A DNA stretch of 64,000 nucleotides, from contig CAWGXO010000002.1 in the NCBI GenBank assembly GCA_963826615.1, forward strand, positions 2,506,649 through 2,570,648, given 5' to 3'. Shown here one piece after another: positions 23,408 through 30,976 of the stretch. The notes below the pieces were generated by a model. The model saw nothing but the letters and a program-made list of their open reading frames with translations, had not been told where the DNA came from and searched no databases. Source of the DNA: an uncultured Actinomycetes bacterium (GTDB taxonomy: Bacteria > Actinomycetota > Thermoleophilia > Solirubrobacterales > Solirubrobacteraceae). Each line of letters opens with the position of its first letter. Position 1 is the stretch's first letter. The position numbers and the translations under genes are program-made.

Positions 23408-24366
23408 GGGTCGCGGTCCTCTGCGGCGGGCGCTCGTCCGAGCACGACGTGGCGCTGACCAGCGGCGTCGTGGTCGCCGGCGGGCTGCGCGAGCGCGGGC
23501 ACGAGGTGGTGCTGATCGAGATCGGGCGTGACGGCGTCTGGCGCTGCGAAGGCGACGAGCTCGCGCTCGCGCCCGGCCGCGGGCTGCTCGGTGCCGACGT
23601 CGCCTTCCCCGCCCTGCACGGCCCGTTCGGGGAGGACGGGGTGACCCAGGGCGTCCTCGAGACGCTCGACGTCGCCTACGTCGGCTCGGGCGTCGCGGCA
23701 AGCGCCGTGTGCATGGACAAGCTGCTGTTCAAGGACCTGATGGCCCACGAGGGGCTCCCGCAGGTGGCCTACGTCCGCGCCGCCGAGGGCGCCGACGACC
23801 CGGGGCTCGGCTGGCCGTGCTGGGTCAAGCCCGCGCGGCTCGGCTCCTCGGTCGGCATCGTGCGCGTCGCCGGGCCCGACGAGTACCCCGGCGCCGTGCG
23901 CGATGCGCTCGCGCACGACCCGCGCGTGATCGTCGAGGCCCATGCCCGCGGGCTGGAGATCGAGTGCTCGGTGCTGGGGCCCACCGACGGCGCGCGCGCC
24001 TCGCTGCCTGGCGAGATCGTCCTGCGCAAGGGAGCCGGCTGGTACGACTACGAGGCCAAGTACGCCGACGACGGCATGGAGCTGCACCTGCCGGCGCGGA
24101 TCTCCAACGCGGCGCGCGACCGCGTCCGGGCGCTCGCGGTCGAGGCGTTCACGGTGGCGGGGTGCAGCGGGCTGGCCCGGGTGGACTTCTTCGTCGACGG
24201 CGACGACGTGCTCCTCAACGAGCTCAACACGATGCCCGGGCAGACCCCGACCAGCGTGTACGGGAAGCTGTGGGAGGCGACAGGCATGCCCTACCCGGAG
24301 CTGCTCGAGCGGCTCTGCGCGATCGCGCTCGAGCGACGCGCGGACGCGGCCGGCCGGCGCTGGTGA
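23404..24366 (+). CDS. ddl: D-alanine--D-alanine ligase
   Basis: MRVAVLCGGRSSEHDVAL...HGPFGEDGVTQGVLETLDVAYVGSGVAASAVCMDKLLFK...VKPARLGSSVG...ELNTMPGQTPTSVY. It has an ATGA overlap with the pknB stop. Confidence 0.9.
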   Translation: MRVAVLCGGRSSEHDVALTSGVVVAGGLRERGHEVVLIEIGRDGVWRCEGDELALAPGRGLLGADVAFPALHGPFGEDGVTQGVLETLDVAYVGSGVAASAVCMDKLLFKDLMAHEGLPQVAYVRAAEGADDPGLGWPCWVKPARLGSSVGIVRVAGPDEYPGAVRDALAHDPRVIVEAHARGLEIECSVLGPTDGARASLPGEIVLRKGAGWYDYEAKYADDGMELHLPARISNAARDRVRALAVEAFTVAGCSGLARVDFFVDGDDVLLNELNTMPGQTPTSVYGKLWEATGMPYPELLERLCAIALERRADAAGRRW

Positions 24367-24385
24367 CGACGCGAGCGCGACACGG

Positions 24386-25885
24386 TCAGCCGCGCTTGAA
24401 GAGCGAGATCTCGGCGATCTGCGCGCGGTTGTCGCCCTCGGCGAGCTTGGTGATCCAGACCAGGTAGTAGCGGTAGGGCTGCCCGGCGGTGTCGAGGTCG
24501 ACGGCGGTGGTGCGGCTCGCGCCGTTGATCGAGGCGACCTTCTTCCAGCCGTCGATCGACGACGGCGGGCCCGACGCCGCGACGTAGACCGCCCCGTCCC
24601 AGCCCGGCGTCGGGGTTCGGATCTCCATGCGGACGGCGGCGACCTTGGGCTTGGCGTCGACGTAGAGCCCCACGCCGGGCTTCTGCGGGGCCAGGCCCCC
24701 GCGGTAGCGCTCGGTCGACCAGGTGCTGTTCGGGTCGCGGTCCACGGCCGCCGGTGCCTGCTCCGGGTGCTCCCCGTCGCCGCCGAACGGGTCGTAGTCG
24801 TGAGCGGAGTCGCGGGCCAGCGAGACCTCCTTGATGCCCGGCGCCTCCTTGATCCCGGGGCTCGGCCCGGTGCCCCGCTGGGTGTTGCCCGCGGCGAGGA
24901 AGAGGACCCCCGCCGTGACCAGGGCCGCGAGCAGCAATGCCAGCGCCACGACGCGGCCGCTCACCCGCTGGCGCAAAGGCAGGCGCCGCCGCGCGCCCGA
25001 CGGCAGCGTGCGCAGCACCGCCGTGGCCTCGCCCGCGGCCTGGCCGGAGCGGGCCGCCTCGATCGCCATGACCTCCTCGAGGTCGGCGATCAGCTCGCCG
25101 TCGTCGGCATAGCGGCGGTCGAGCTCCTTGGCGGTGGCCCGGTCGACCACGGCGGCGAGCGCGGACGAGACCTCGGGGCGCCGGATCTGGAGGTCGGGCA
25201 GCTCCTCGCGCACGTGCTTCATCGCCACCGCCACCTGGTTCTCGCCGTGGAACGGGACGTCGCCGGTGAGCATCTCGTAGAGCACGACGCCGAGCGAGTA
25301 GAGGTCGGACTGGCCGGTGACGGCGTGGCCGAGGGCCTGCTCGGGCGACACGTAGTCGGTCGTGCCGAGCACGCGGCCGTCCGCGGTGAGCCCCTCCTGG
25401 TCGAGCGTGCGCGCGATGCCGAAGTCGGTGACCTTCGCGGTCCCCTCCTCGTCGATGAGGACGTTCTGCGGCTTGACGTCGCGGTGGACGATGCCGCGGG
25501 CGTGGGCCGCCCCGAGGGCGCGGGCGATCTCGATCGCGTAGGCGATCGCCTCGGTGACCGGTAGCCGGCCCTGGGCGCGGATGCGGTCCTTGAGCGTCTC
25601 GCCCTCGACGTACTCGAAGACGATGTAGGCGGAGTCGTCGTCCTCCCCGGCGTCGATGACCCCGACCACGTGGGGGTGGTTGAGCTGGGCGACCGCCCGG
25701 GCCTCGCGGCGGAAGCGCTCGACCTGGTCGGACTGCGCGGTCAGCTGGCGGTGCATGAGCTTGATCGCGACGTGCCGCTCGAGGACGGTGTCGAAGGCCG
25801 CGTAGACCGTCGACATGCCGCCCGTCCCCACGATCGAGTCGAGGCGGTAGCGGTCGCTGAGCAGGGTGCCGACCGGAACGGTCAC
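24386..25885 (-). CDS. Ser/Thr protein kinase with an extracellular discoidin/CBM-like domain
   Basis: DRYRLDSIVGTGGMSTVY...HRDVKPQNVLI...VTDFGIAR...GTTDYVSPEQ, then a TM helix (VVALALLLAALVTAGVLFLAA). The ectodomain reads AVDRDPNSTWSTERY...YRYYLVWITKL. Confidence 0.85.
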   Translation of the reverse strand: MTVPVGTLLSDRYRLDSIVGTGGMSTVYAAFDTVLERHVAIKLMHRQLTAQSDQVERFRREARAVAQLNHPHVVGVIDAGEDDDSAYIVFEYVEGETLKDRIRAQGRLPVTEAIAYAIEIARALGAAHARGIVHRDVKPQNVLIDEEGTAKVTDFGIARTLDQEGLTADGRVLGTTDYVSPEQALGHAVTGQSDLYSLGVVLYEMLTGDVPFHGENQVAVAMKHVREELPDLQIRRPEVSSALAAVVDRATAKELDRRYADDGELIADLEEVMAIEAARSGQAAGEATAVLRTLPSGARRRLPLRQRVSGRVVALALLLAALVTAGVLFLAAGNTQRGTGPSPGIKEAPGIKEVSLARDSAHDYDPFGGDGEHPEQAPAAVDRDPNSTWSTERYRGGLAPQKPGVGLYVDAKPKVAAVRMEIRTPTPGWDGAVYVAASGPPSSIDGWKKVASINGASRTTAVDLDTAGQPYRYYLVWITKLAEGDNRAQIAEISLFKRG

Positions 25886-25893
25886 CGTTCGTA

Positions 25894-26688
25894 TTGTCCC
25901 TGCTCGTGGTTCATCTCGCCTACTACACCGATCCCTGCTGTCCGTTGTCGTGGGCGGCCGAGCCCGCTCTGCGGCGTCTGGAGGTGGAGTTCTCCGACTC
26001 GGTGGCGATCACCTACGTCATGGCGGGCATGGCGCGCGAGGTCGACGCGCCGTCGCTGCTGGCCTCGACGCTCGAGGCGGTGGCCTCCAGCGGGATGCCC
26101 GCCGACCCGCGGATCTGGGTGCAGGGATCGCCGCGCAGCAGCCACCCGGCGTGCCTGGCGGTGAAGGCGGCCGCCGAGCAGGGGGCCGATGGCCCCTACC
26201 TGCGCCGGCTGCGCGTCGGCGTCATGTGCCTGCGCGAGCGGCTCGACAACGCCGAGGCGCTCGTCGCTGCCGCGCGCGACGTGCCCGGGATCGACGCCGT
26301 CCGCTTCGAGATCGACCTGCGCTCGAACGCGATCGTCGAGGCGTTCGCCGCCGACCGCGACCGCGCGGCCCGCGCGACGGGGCCCGGCGCCGAGCGCCGG
26401 CCCGGGCTGCCGGCGTTCGCGTTCGACGGCGGGCCGCTGCTGGAGGCCGGCGGCGTCGACGAGATGCGCGCCGCAGCGGTGGCGGCGGGCGCCGAGCCTG
26501 CGGCCGGGCCGCCCGGGGTCGAGGAGGCGCTGCACCGCCTCGGCCCGGCGGGCGCCGCCGAGCTGGCCGCGGTCTGCGGCCTCCCTCGCGCCCGGGTGCG
26601 GGTGGAGCTGTGGCGGCTGGCCGGCGAGCTCCGGGCCCGTCCCCGGGAGCTGGTCTGCGGCGAGCTGTGGGTTGGCGCCGACGCCTGA
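25894..26688 (+). CDS. DsbA-like thioredoxin-fold protein with a winged-helix-like C-terminus
   Basis: VVHLAYYTDPCCPLSWAAEP...HPACLAVKAA. The start may instead be GTG at 25906. Confidence 0.55.
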   Translation: MSLLVVHLAYYTDPCCPLSWAAEPALRRLEVEFSDSVAITYVMAGMAREVDAPSLLASTLEAVASSGMPADPRIWVQGSPRSSHPACLAVKAAAEQGADGPYLRRLRVGVMCLRERLDNAEALVAAARDVPGIDAVRFEIDLRSNAIVEAFAADRDRAARATGPGAERRPGLPAFAFDGGPLLEAGGVDEMRAAAVAAGAEPAAGPPGVEEALHRLGPAGAAELAAVCGLPRARVRVELWRLAGELRARPRELVCGELWVGADA

Positions 26689-26814
26689 GCCGTGAGGACG
26701 GTCGCCGCCGTCGGCCGGTCCGGCCGGCGCCGCCCCGGCGGCCGCGAGCGCTCGGGACGAGTGAAGCGGCGTCATCGCCGTGCTCCTCGCCGCGGAGCCA
26801 CCGGCGCGAGGTGC

Positions 26815-27030
26815 CTAGGTGTCGGGCCCGCTCGCCGGCCGGTCCTCGACCGGCTCCTCGGCCTCGCGCTCGTCCTTGACCGCCTGCCAGATCTCCTCGC
26901 GGTACACCGGCACGCTCCGGGGCGCTGCAATCCCGAGTCGCACGCTCGACCCGCTGACCTCGATCACCTCGACGACCATATCGTCGCCGAGCATGATCCT
27001 CTCCCCTGGCTTGCGGGTGATGATGAGCAT
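26815..27030 (-). CDS. csrA: Carbon storage regulator CsrA (71 aa)
   Basis: MLIITRKPGERIMLGDDMVVEVIEVSGSSVRLGIAAPRSVPVYREEIWQAVKDE..., with a GAGGAG ribosome-binding site. It is hidden inside the artefactual ORF 26815..28530. Confidence 0.9.
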   Translation of the reverse strand: MLIITRKPGERIMLGDDMVVEVIEVSGSSVRLGIAAPRSVPVYREEIWQAVKDEREAEEPVEDRPASGPDT

Positions 27031-27158
27031 CCGAACTCCTCGATGGGGAAGGGGATTGCGCCAAGGCGCTGCATCCCAGGGTAACGCGACAGGTGGCCGG
27101 TGCCAACCCGTGGTCGTCTTCCCCAAGCCCGCGGGGCCGGCGGGGCGGCGAGCGGACG

Positions 27159-27971
27159 TCAGGCGACGAGGCCCATCAGCTCCGCGTCGTCGGCGAGCTC
27201 CTCGCGGAGGATCCGCTTGAGCTGGCCGTGGATCTGGCAGACGCGGCTCTCCGAGACGCCGAGGACCTCGCCGATCTCCGCCAGCGTGAGGTTCTGGACG
27301 TAGAGCATCACGGCAATCGAGCGCTCCCGCTCGCCGAGGCGGGCGAAGGCGTCGCGGAAGCGGCTCTTGGCCTCCTCGATGGTCGCGGCGCTCAGGGGGT
27401 CGAGGCGCTCGTCGGTCGATGCGATCGTGTCGATGCGCTCCAGCGAATGGTCGTCGTCGGCGAGCACGAGCGTGTTCAGCGACGTCAGGTCGGAGGTCGC
27501 GATCTCGTCGCGATGCGCGCGCAGCTCGGAGACGGTCACCCCGAGCGCCTCGGCGAGCTGGGGGGGCGTGGGCCGGCTTCCGTGGAGCGCGGTGAACTCG
27601 TCGGCGGCCTTCTCGATGTCGCGCTCCCAGCGGCGGACCGAGCGCGGCGCCCAGTCGAGGCGCCGCAGCTCGTCGAGCACGGCCCCGTGGATGCGGGTCC
27701 ACGCGTACTGCTCGAGCGTGGCGCCCTTGGCCGGGTCGTAGCGGTCGATCGAGTGGATCAGCGCCTCGAGGCCGCACGAGATGAAGTCCTCGACCTCGCA
27801 GCGCGCCGGCATCTCGCGCACCTTGCGGTAGACGATGTACTTGACGAGCGGCGCGAAGGTCAGGACGAGGCGGTCGCGGAGCGCCGGGTCGTTGCTCTCC
27901 CGGTAGGTGTTCCACAGCGCGAGCGTGTCCTCGGCGGACGGGCGGCCCTTCGGGGCAGACTTGACGTTCAT
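27159..27971 (-). CDS. fliA: FliA/WhiG-family (sigma-28) RNA polymerase sigma factor
   Basis: LRDRLVLTFAPLVKYIVYR (region 2), DFISCGLEALIHSIDRYDPAKGATLEQYAWTRIHGAVLDELRRLDW, and region 4 ERERSIAVMLYVQNLTLAEIGEVLGVSESRVCQIH. The start is ATG at 27971. Confidence 0.85.
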   Translation of the reverse strand: MNVKSAPKGRPSAEDTLALWNTYRESNDPALRDRLVLTFAPLVKYIVYRKVREMPARCEVEDFISCGLEALIHSIDRYDPAKGATLEQYAWTRIHGAVLDELRRLDWAPRSVRRWERDIEKAADEFTALHGSRPTPPQLAEALGVTVSELRAHRDEIATSDLTSLNTLVLADDDHSLERIDTIASTDERLDPLSAATIEEAKSRFRDAFARLGERERSIAVMLYVQNLTLAEIGEVLGVSESRVCQIHGQLKRILREELADDAELMGLVA

Positions 27972-28080
27972 CGGTGTGCGCTCCAGCCTCGGCATTGGGG
28001 ACACGACGGGTATCGGCACCCCCGTCCGCCACGCGCATCCCCGCTTCACGTGATCTTGGGAGGGACGTGCGTCCACGACG

Positions 28081-28104
28081 CTCATCCCCAGTTCTGGGGA
28101 TGAG
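28081..28104. promoter_or_regulatory. Perfect 10-bp inverted repeat (4-nt spacer) in the fliA / FlaG-like divergent intergenic region
   Basis: CTCATCCCCA-gttc-TGGGGATGAG. Confidence 0.4.
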
Positions 28105-28164
28105 CCGCCGAGGCGTCTGGTCGAGCGCGGTCAAGCGGAACCGGAGGCGGTCGAGTACCCGCCC

Positions 28165-28446
28165 ATGGCCTTCTCCGTCCCCCAGGGACCGCTGGTGCCG
28201 CGCGGGCGGCTCGCGGACTCCCTCCCAACGGCTCCCGACGACGTGTGGGCGGAGGTGCTGGCGGCGGCGGAGCTCCACGAGACGCTCCAGCGCGCGGGCC
28301 GGCAGGTCCGGTTCGGCCTCGACGAGGCCGGCCGGGTCGACGTCTGCGTGTGCGACCTGTCGGGCCGGGTGCTGCGGAGGGTGGGGCTGACGACGGCCGT
28401 CGATCCCCGCGCGCTCGAGCGCGCGGCGCTCAGCCAGGGCGACTGA
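28165..28446 (+). CDS. Small FlaG-like protein (tentative)
   Basis: High-GC3 93-aa ORF. RQVRFGLDEAGRVDVCVCDLSGRVLRRV resembles the FlaG pattern (F-x-lDE-tGr-vV-v-D-tGeViRqi). It is divergent from fliA. Confidence 0.35.
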   Translation: MAFSVPQGPLVPRGRLADSLPTAPDDVWAEVLAAAELHETLQRAGRQVRFGLDEAGRVDVCVCDLSGRVLRRVGLTTAVDPRALERAALSQGD

Positions 28447-29458
28447 TCCGGCCGGCGTCGGCGGTCGCGCTGCCGATGACCGCCGTGCCGGGGTGGTGGG
28501 AGGCGAGGAGCTGCGCCGCGTCGGCGGCACGTTCGGCCGGGACGACGGCCACGAAGCCGCAGCCCATGTTGAAGACCTCCCACATCTCCTCGTCGGGGAT
28601 CTCCCCGCGCGCGCGGATCAGGTCGAAGACCGCGGGAACGGGCAGCGGCGCCTCGATCGCCCAGCCCACCGTCGCGCTCAGCCGCGGGAGGTTGGTCAGC
28701 CCGCCGCCCGTGATGTGCGCGAGCCCGTGGACCGGGATACCGGAGCGCAGCAGCTCGAGCACCGCTCGGACGTAGATGACCGTGGGCTCGAGGAGCGCGT
28801 CGGCGACCGAGGCGCCCCCGAGCTCGGGCGGCCGGGCGTCGTCGCCGAGCGGCTCGAGCACCCGGCGGGCCAATGTGTAGCCGTTGGAGTGCAGCCCGCT
28901 GGACGGGAGGCCGACGAGGGCGTCCCCCGGCGCGATCAGCTCGCCGGTGACGATCGCGTCGAGCCTCACGGTGCCGAAGCACGACGCGCACAGGTCGAAG
29001 CCGTGCGGGGACGGATGGCCGCGGATCAGCTCCGGGATCACCGCCAGCTCGCCGCCGGGGATCTCCACGCCGGCGGCCTCGGCGCCGGCCTTCAGCCCGC
29101 GGCCGATGGCGGCGAGCATCCCCGCGTCGGCCTCCTCGACCGCGAGGTAGTCCAGGAGCGCGAGCGGCTCGGCTCCCACGCAGACGATGTCGTTGACGTT
29201 CATGGCGACGCAGTCGATGCCGACGGTGTCGAGCCGGCCCGTGCGCTCTGCGACCACCAGCTTGGAGCCCACGCCGTCGGTGGCCAGCGCGACGCCCAGC
29301 TCGTCGCTGACGCGCAGCACGGCCGCGTAGTGACCGCTCGACAGGACCGATGCCGACGGCCTGCCGAGGTCGATCGTCCGCAGCACGTCGACGAGCGCGC
29401 GGACCGCCCGGTCGGCCTGCGCGGTGTCGACCCCGGCCGCGGCGTAGGCGTCGCTCAT
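28430..29458 (-). CDS. purM: Phosphoribosylformylglycinamidine cyclo-ligase (AIR synthetase)
   Basis: MSDAYAAAGVDTAQADRAV...LATDGVGSKL...GIDCVAMNVNDIVCVGAEPLALLDYL...PSSGLHSNGYTLAR...AHITGGGL...MWEVFNMGCGF. Confidence 0.9.
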   Translation of the reverse strand: MSDAYAAAGVDTAQADRAVRALVDVLRTIDLGRPSASVLSSGHYAAVLRVSDELGVALATDGVGSKLVVAERTGRLDTVGIDCVAMNVNDIVCVGAEPLALLDYLAVEEADAGMLAAIGRGLKAGAEAAGVEIPGGELAVIPELIRGHPSPHGFDLCASCFGTVRLDAIVTGELIAPGDALVGLPSSGLHSNGYTLARRVLEPLGDDARPPELGGASVADALLEPTVIYVRAVLELLRSGIPVHGLAHITGGGLTNLPRLSATVGWAIEAPLPVPAVFDLIRARGEIPDEEMWEVFNMGCGFVAVVPAERAADAAQLLASHHPGTAVIGSATADAGRISRPG

Positions 29459-30297
29459 CGGCCCGCATGCTGCCACAGCGCGCCGACGCCGTGGGGCCGG
29501 CGCTCGCGGGCGAGGCGGGCGACGACGACCGCGGCGAGGCCGGTGCGGTAGGCGGCCCAGGGGCCGAGCCGCCGCGCCCCGCGCGCGAGCCGGATCGACG
29601 CCAGCGTGGCGGCGAACGAGGCGGCGGCTCCCGCCGCGAGGCTCGCGCCGCCGCCGCGGGGGAGGCCGCGCCGGGCGAGCCGGGCGGACTCGAGCGCCGT
29701 GGCGCCTGCGATGACGGGCAGCGCCGCCTGCAGCGACAGGGCCTGCGCGTCGGCCGGCGCGAACCCGCGCAGCCGCGCAGCCGCGAGCGTGGCCCCGCTG
29801 CGCGAGACCCCGGGGACGAGCGCGCACGCCTGGGCCACGCCGAGCGCGAGCGCGTCCGCTGGCGTCGCGTCCGCTCGGCGGCGGTCCGTGGCCCCGCGCC
29901 GGTCGGCCCATGCCATCGCAGCGCTCCCGGCTGCGAGCCCGGCGGCGATCGGTCCGGGGCGGCCGAGGCGCCGCGCGACGGGCCCCGCGAGGAGGGCGCC
30001 GGCGACGGCGGGCGGCCCGAGCGAGCCGGCGAGGAGGACGACCTCGCGCCGGTCGGGCAGTCGAGCGGCCTCCTCGCGCAGGCCCACCAGCAGCGCCAGT
30101 GCCGTGCCGGCGTGGAGGGCGACCGCGAAGCTCTTGCGCAGCTCGGCGTCGAGCCGCGCGAAGTCCCAGCGCAGCAGCCAGGGCACCAGCTCGGTGTGCG
30201 CCGACGAGGAGATCGGCAGGAGCTCGGCCGGGCCGTGGAGGACGCCGAGCGCGACCGCCTCGGCGAGGCGCAGTCGCGGCGGCTCAGGCGGGCGCAT
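29455..30297 (-). CDS. uppP: Undecaprenyl-diphosphate phosphatase
   Basis: LGVLHGPAELLPISSSAHTELV...FAVALHAGTALALL...ALVPGVSRSGATL. Confidence 0.85.
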   Translation of the reverse strand: MRPPEPPRLRLAEAVALGVLHGPAELLPISSSAHTELVPWLLRWDFARLDAELRKSFAVALHAGTALALLVGLREEAARLPDRREVVLLAGSLGPPAVAGALLAGPVARRLGRPGPIAAGLAAGSAAMAWADRRGATDRRRADATPADALALGVAQACALVPGVSRSGATLAAARLRGFAPADAQALSLQAALPVIAGATALESARLARRGLPRGGGASLAAGAAASFAATLASIRLARGARRLGPWAAYRTGLAAVVVARLARERRPHGVGALWQHAGR

Positions 30298-30922
30298 CCG
30301 CGGGCCGCGCGCGATTGCGGCGCCAGCGGACCAGGAGGTAGCCGGCGCCCACGACGATCGCCGCGATGACCGCGTAGTCGACGTAGTGCAGGCGATCCTT
30401 CCAGTCGTTCCAGTGCTCGGCGGCCGAGCGGCCGACCAGGGTCAGGCCCAGGTTCCAGGGGAACGCACCGAGGAAGGTCAGGACCGAGAACTTCGCGAGG
30501 GGCATGCGCGCGACGCCCGCCGGCAGGGAGATGAAGGTCCGGACCACGGGCAGCATGCGCGAGAGGAACACGGCGGCGGCGCCGTGGCGCTCGAACCAGC
30601 GCTCTGCCCACCGCAGCTGCGAGGGCTTGACGTGGAAGACCCGGTGGCGCTCGAGCAGCTCGAGGCGCCCGTAGTAGCCGGCGGCGTAGGCGATCCAGGA
30701 CCCGACCAGGTTGGCGAACGTGGCCACGAGCACCACCGCCCAGAGTCCGTACTCGCCCTGGTGGACGTTGAATCCCGCGAACAGCATCGTCGCCTCGGAC
30801 GGGATCGGGATGCAGGCGCTCTCGGGTGCCATCAGCAGGAAGATCCCGGGCAGGCCGAGGTCGCCGACCACGGTGGTCGCGAACTCGGCGAGGCGGTCGG
30901 TCACGGACGCGAGCACGAGCAT
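30284..30922 (-). CDS. DedA-family membrane protein
   Basis: GLPGIFLLMAPESACIPIPSEATMLFAGF...AAVFLSRMLPVVRTFISLPAGVARMPLAKF. Confidence 0.85.
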   Translation of the reverse strand: MLVLASVTDRLAEFATTVVGDLGLPGIFLLMAPESACIPIPSEATMLFAGFNVHQGEYGLWAVVLVATFANLVGSWIAYAAGYYGRLELLERHRVFHVKPSQLRWAERWFERHGAAAVFLSRMLPVVRTFISLPAGVARMPLAKFSVLTFLGAFPWNLGLTLVGRSAAEHWNDWKDRLHYVDYAVIAAIVVGAGYLLVRWRRNRARPADAPA

Positions 30923-30976
30923 GGGCGACCGCGCAGGGTAGGCCCCGCCCGCCGGGAGGGCTCGCCCGGCCCTAGA

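Noticed and set aside
28131-28158. A sigma-28-like promoter (TCAA-N16-TCGAGTAC) upstream of the FlaG-like ORF.
   Set aside because: It is only a weak resemblance to TAAA-N15-GCCGATAA, and a match of this quality is expected by chance. I kept it only as a note.
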